Source: Octopus sinensis (Eukaryota). Taken from it: DNA of 64,000 bases. Where the stretch lies: NCBI RefSeq assembly GCF_006345805.1, contig NW_021832223.1, forward strand, positions 62,001 to 126,000, read 5' to 3'. Position numbers and translations under genes: made by a program. Numbering within the stretch: position 1 is the first letter of the stretch; every line of letters begins with the position of its first letter. The notes beneath the pieces were generated by a model. It worked only from the letters and a program-made list of their open reading frames with translations, was not told the DNA's origin and did no database searches. Positions 62,256-64,000 of the stretch are shown here, one piece after another.

Positions 62256-64000
62256 TCTTAATAATAAAATGGTATGGTGTTGTCGTCTGTCTGTCTGTGT
62301 GTTGTCTGTCTGTCTGTCTGTGCACACCCACATTCAAATTGTTACAAACCAGATCAAATTGTCAAAACCTTCCCTTTTGTAGTTATTCGATAATGAGGCA
62401 CAATAAAAGGTTGATATCCTCTAAGAACCTTCCTGTCAAAAAATTTTAATAAGAAAGAATATCCTCGATGATGAGGTACCCCAAAACCTTCAAGTCAATT
62501 TTCTGCGTTTTTGTTAAAATGAACAACAAGAAAGTCCTCGACTCACATGATGTGGTCCCCCAAAACCTTCAAGCCAAAAAATTAAAAAAAATTATTTTCT
62601 GCGTTTTTGTTAAAATGAACAACAAGAAAGTCCTCGACTCACATGATGTGGTCCCCCAAAACCTTCAAGCCAAAAAATTAAAAAAATTATTTTCTGCGTT
62701 TTTGTTAAAATGAACAACAAGAAAGTCCTCGACTCACATGATGTGGTCCCCCAAAACCTTCAAGCCAAAAAATTAAAAAAAATTATTTTCTGCGTTTTTG
62801 TTAAAATGAACAACAGAAAGTCCTCGACTCACATGATGTGGTCCCCCAAAACCTTCAAGCCAAAAAATTAAAAAAAATTATTTTCTGCGTTTTTGTTAAA
62901 ATGAACAACAAGAAAGTCCTCGACTCACATGATGTGGTCCCCCAAAACCTTCAAGCCAAAAAATTAAAAAAATTATTTTCTGCGTTTTTGTTAAAATGAA
63001 CAACAAGAAAGTCCTCGACTCACATGATGTGGTCCCCCAAAACTTCAAGCTAAAAAATTAAAAAAATTATTTTCTGCGTTTTTGTTAAAATGACCAACAA
63101 GAAAGTCCTCGACTCACATGATGTGGTCCCCCAAAACCTTCAAGCCAAAAAATTAAAAAAAATTATTTTCTGCGTTTTTGTTAAAATGAACAACAAGAAA
63201 GTCCTCGATTCACATGATGTGGTCCCCCAAAACCTTCAAGCCAAAAAATTAAAAAAAATTATTTTCTGCTGCGTTTTTGTTAAAATGAACAACAAGAAAG
63301 TCCTCGACTCACATGATGTGGTCCCCCAAAACCTCAAGCTAAAAAATTAAAAAAATATTTTCTGCGTTTTTGTTAAAATGAACAACAAGAAAGTCCTCGA
63401 CTCACATGATGTGGTCCCCCAAAACCTTCAAGGTAAAAAAAAAAAAAATTATTTTCTGCGTTTTTGTTAAAATGAACAACAAGAAAGTCCTCGACTCACA
63501 TGATGTGGTCCCCCAAAACTTTCAAGCCAAAAAATTAAAAAAATTATTTTCTGCGTTTTTGTTAAATAAACAACAAGAAAGTCCTCGACTCACATGATGT
63601 GGTCCCCCAAAACCTTCAAGCCAAAAAATTAAAAAAAATTATTTTCTGCGTTTTTGTTAAAATGAACAACAAGAAAGTCCTCGACTCACATGATGTGGTC
63701 CCTCAAAACCTTCAAGCCAAAAATTAAAAAAAATTATTTTCTGCGTTTTTGTTAAAATGAACAACAAGAAAGTCCTCGACTCACATGATGTGGTCCCTCA
63801 AAACCTTCAAGCCAAAAAATTTAAAAAAATTATTTTCTGCGTTTTTGTTAAATGAACAACAAGAAAGTCCTCGACTCACATGATGTGGTCCCCCAAAACC
63901 TTCAAGCCAAAAATTAAAAAAAAAATATTTTCTGCGTTTTTGTTAAAATGAACAACAAGAAAGTCCTCGACTCACATGATGAGGTCCTCCACAACCTTCA
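62256..64000 (+). mobile_element. 5' part of a third Helitron with a ~96-bp satellite variant (62467 to the window end)
   Basis: A^TCTTAATAATAAAATGG start, GTCT microsatellite, unit atgatgtggtcccccaaaaccttcaagcc...gaacaacaagaaagtcctcgactcac. Confidence 0.9.

Overview
AT-rich, transposon-dense eukaryotic (animal-like) genomic DNA whose genes carry ultra-short spliceosomal introns (about 19-29 nt). Short introns, a bilaterian-type 18S fragment and an axonemal dynein fragment suggest a dicyemid-like parasite; this is inference only. Recognisable host genes are syntaxin-18, ferroportin, a DnaJ-domain protein, EMC4 and one tRNA-Ile(AAT). Most of the rest is mobile DNA: LINEs with a virus-like 2A motif (GDVExNPGP) ahead of the endonuclease, a full-length CRE-like retroelement with an N-terminal PHD finger, Helitrons carrying 93-96-bp satellite arrays, and hAT, Tigger/pogo, Tc1, Merlin and Ginger elements. 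At 40.1-49.7 kb five elements form a multi-level nest with target-site signatures preserved. The most anomalous block (21.3-23.7 kb) is a GC-rich, internally deleted UBA1 pseudogene with purine-rich 22-25-nt introns, fused directly to the 3' half of a divergent 18S rDNA. Many frameshifts fall at homopolymers, so some apparent decay may be long-read consensus error. Coordinates were read by eye, and boundaries without a TSD or TIR are approximate.
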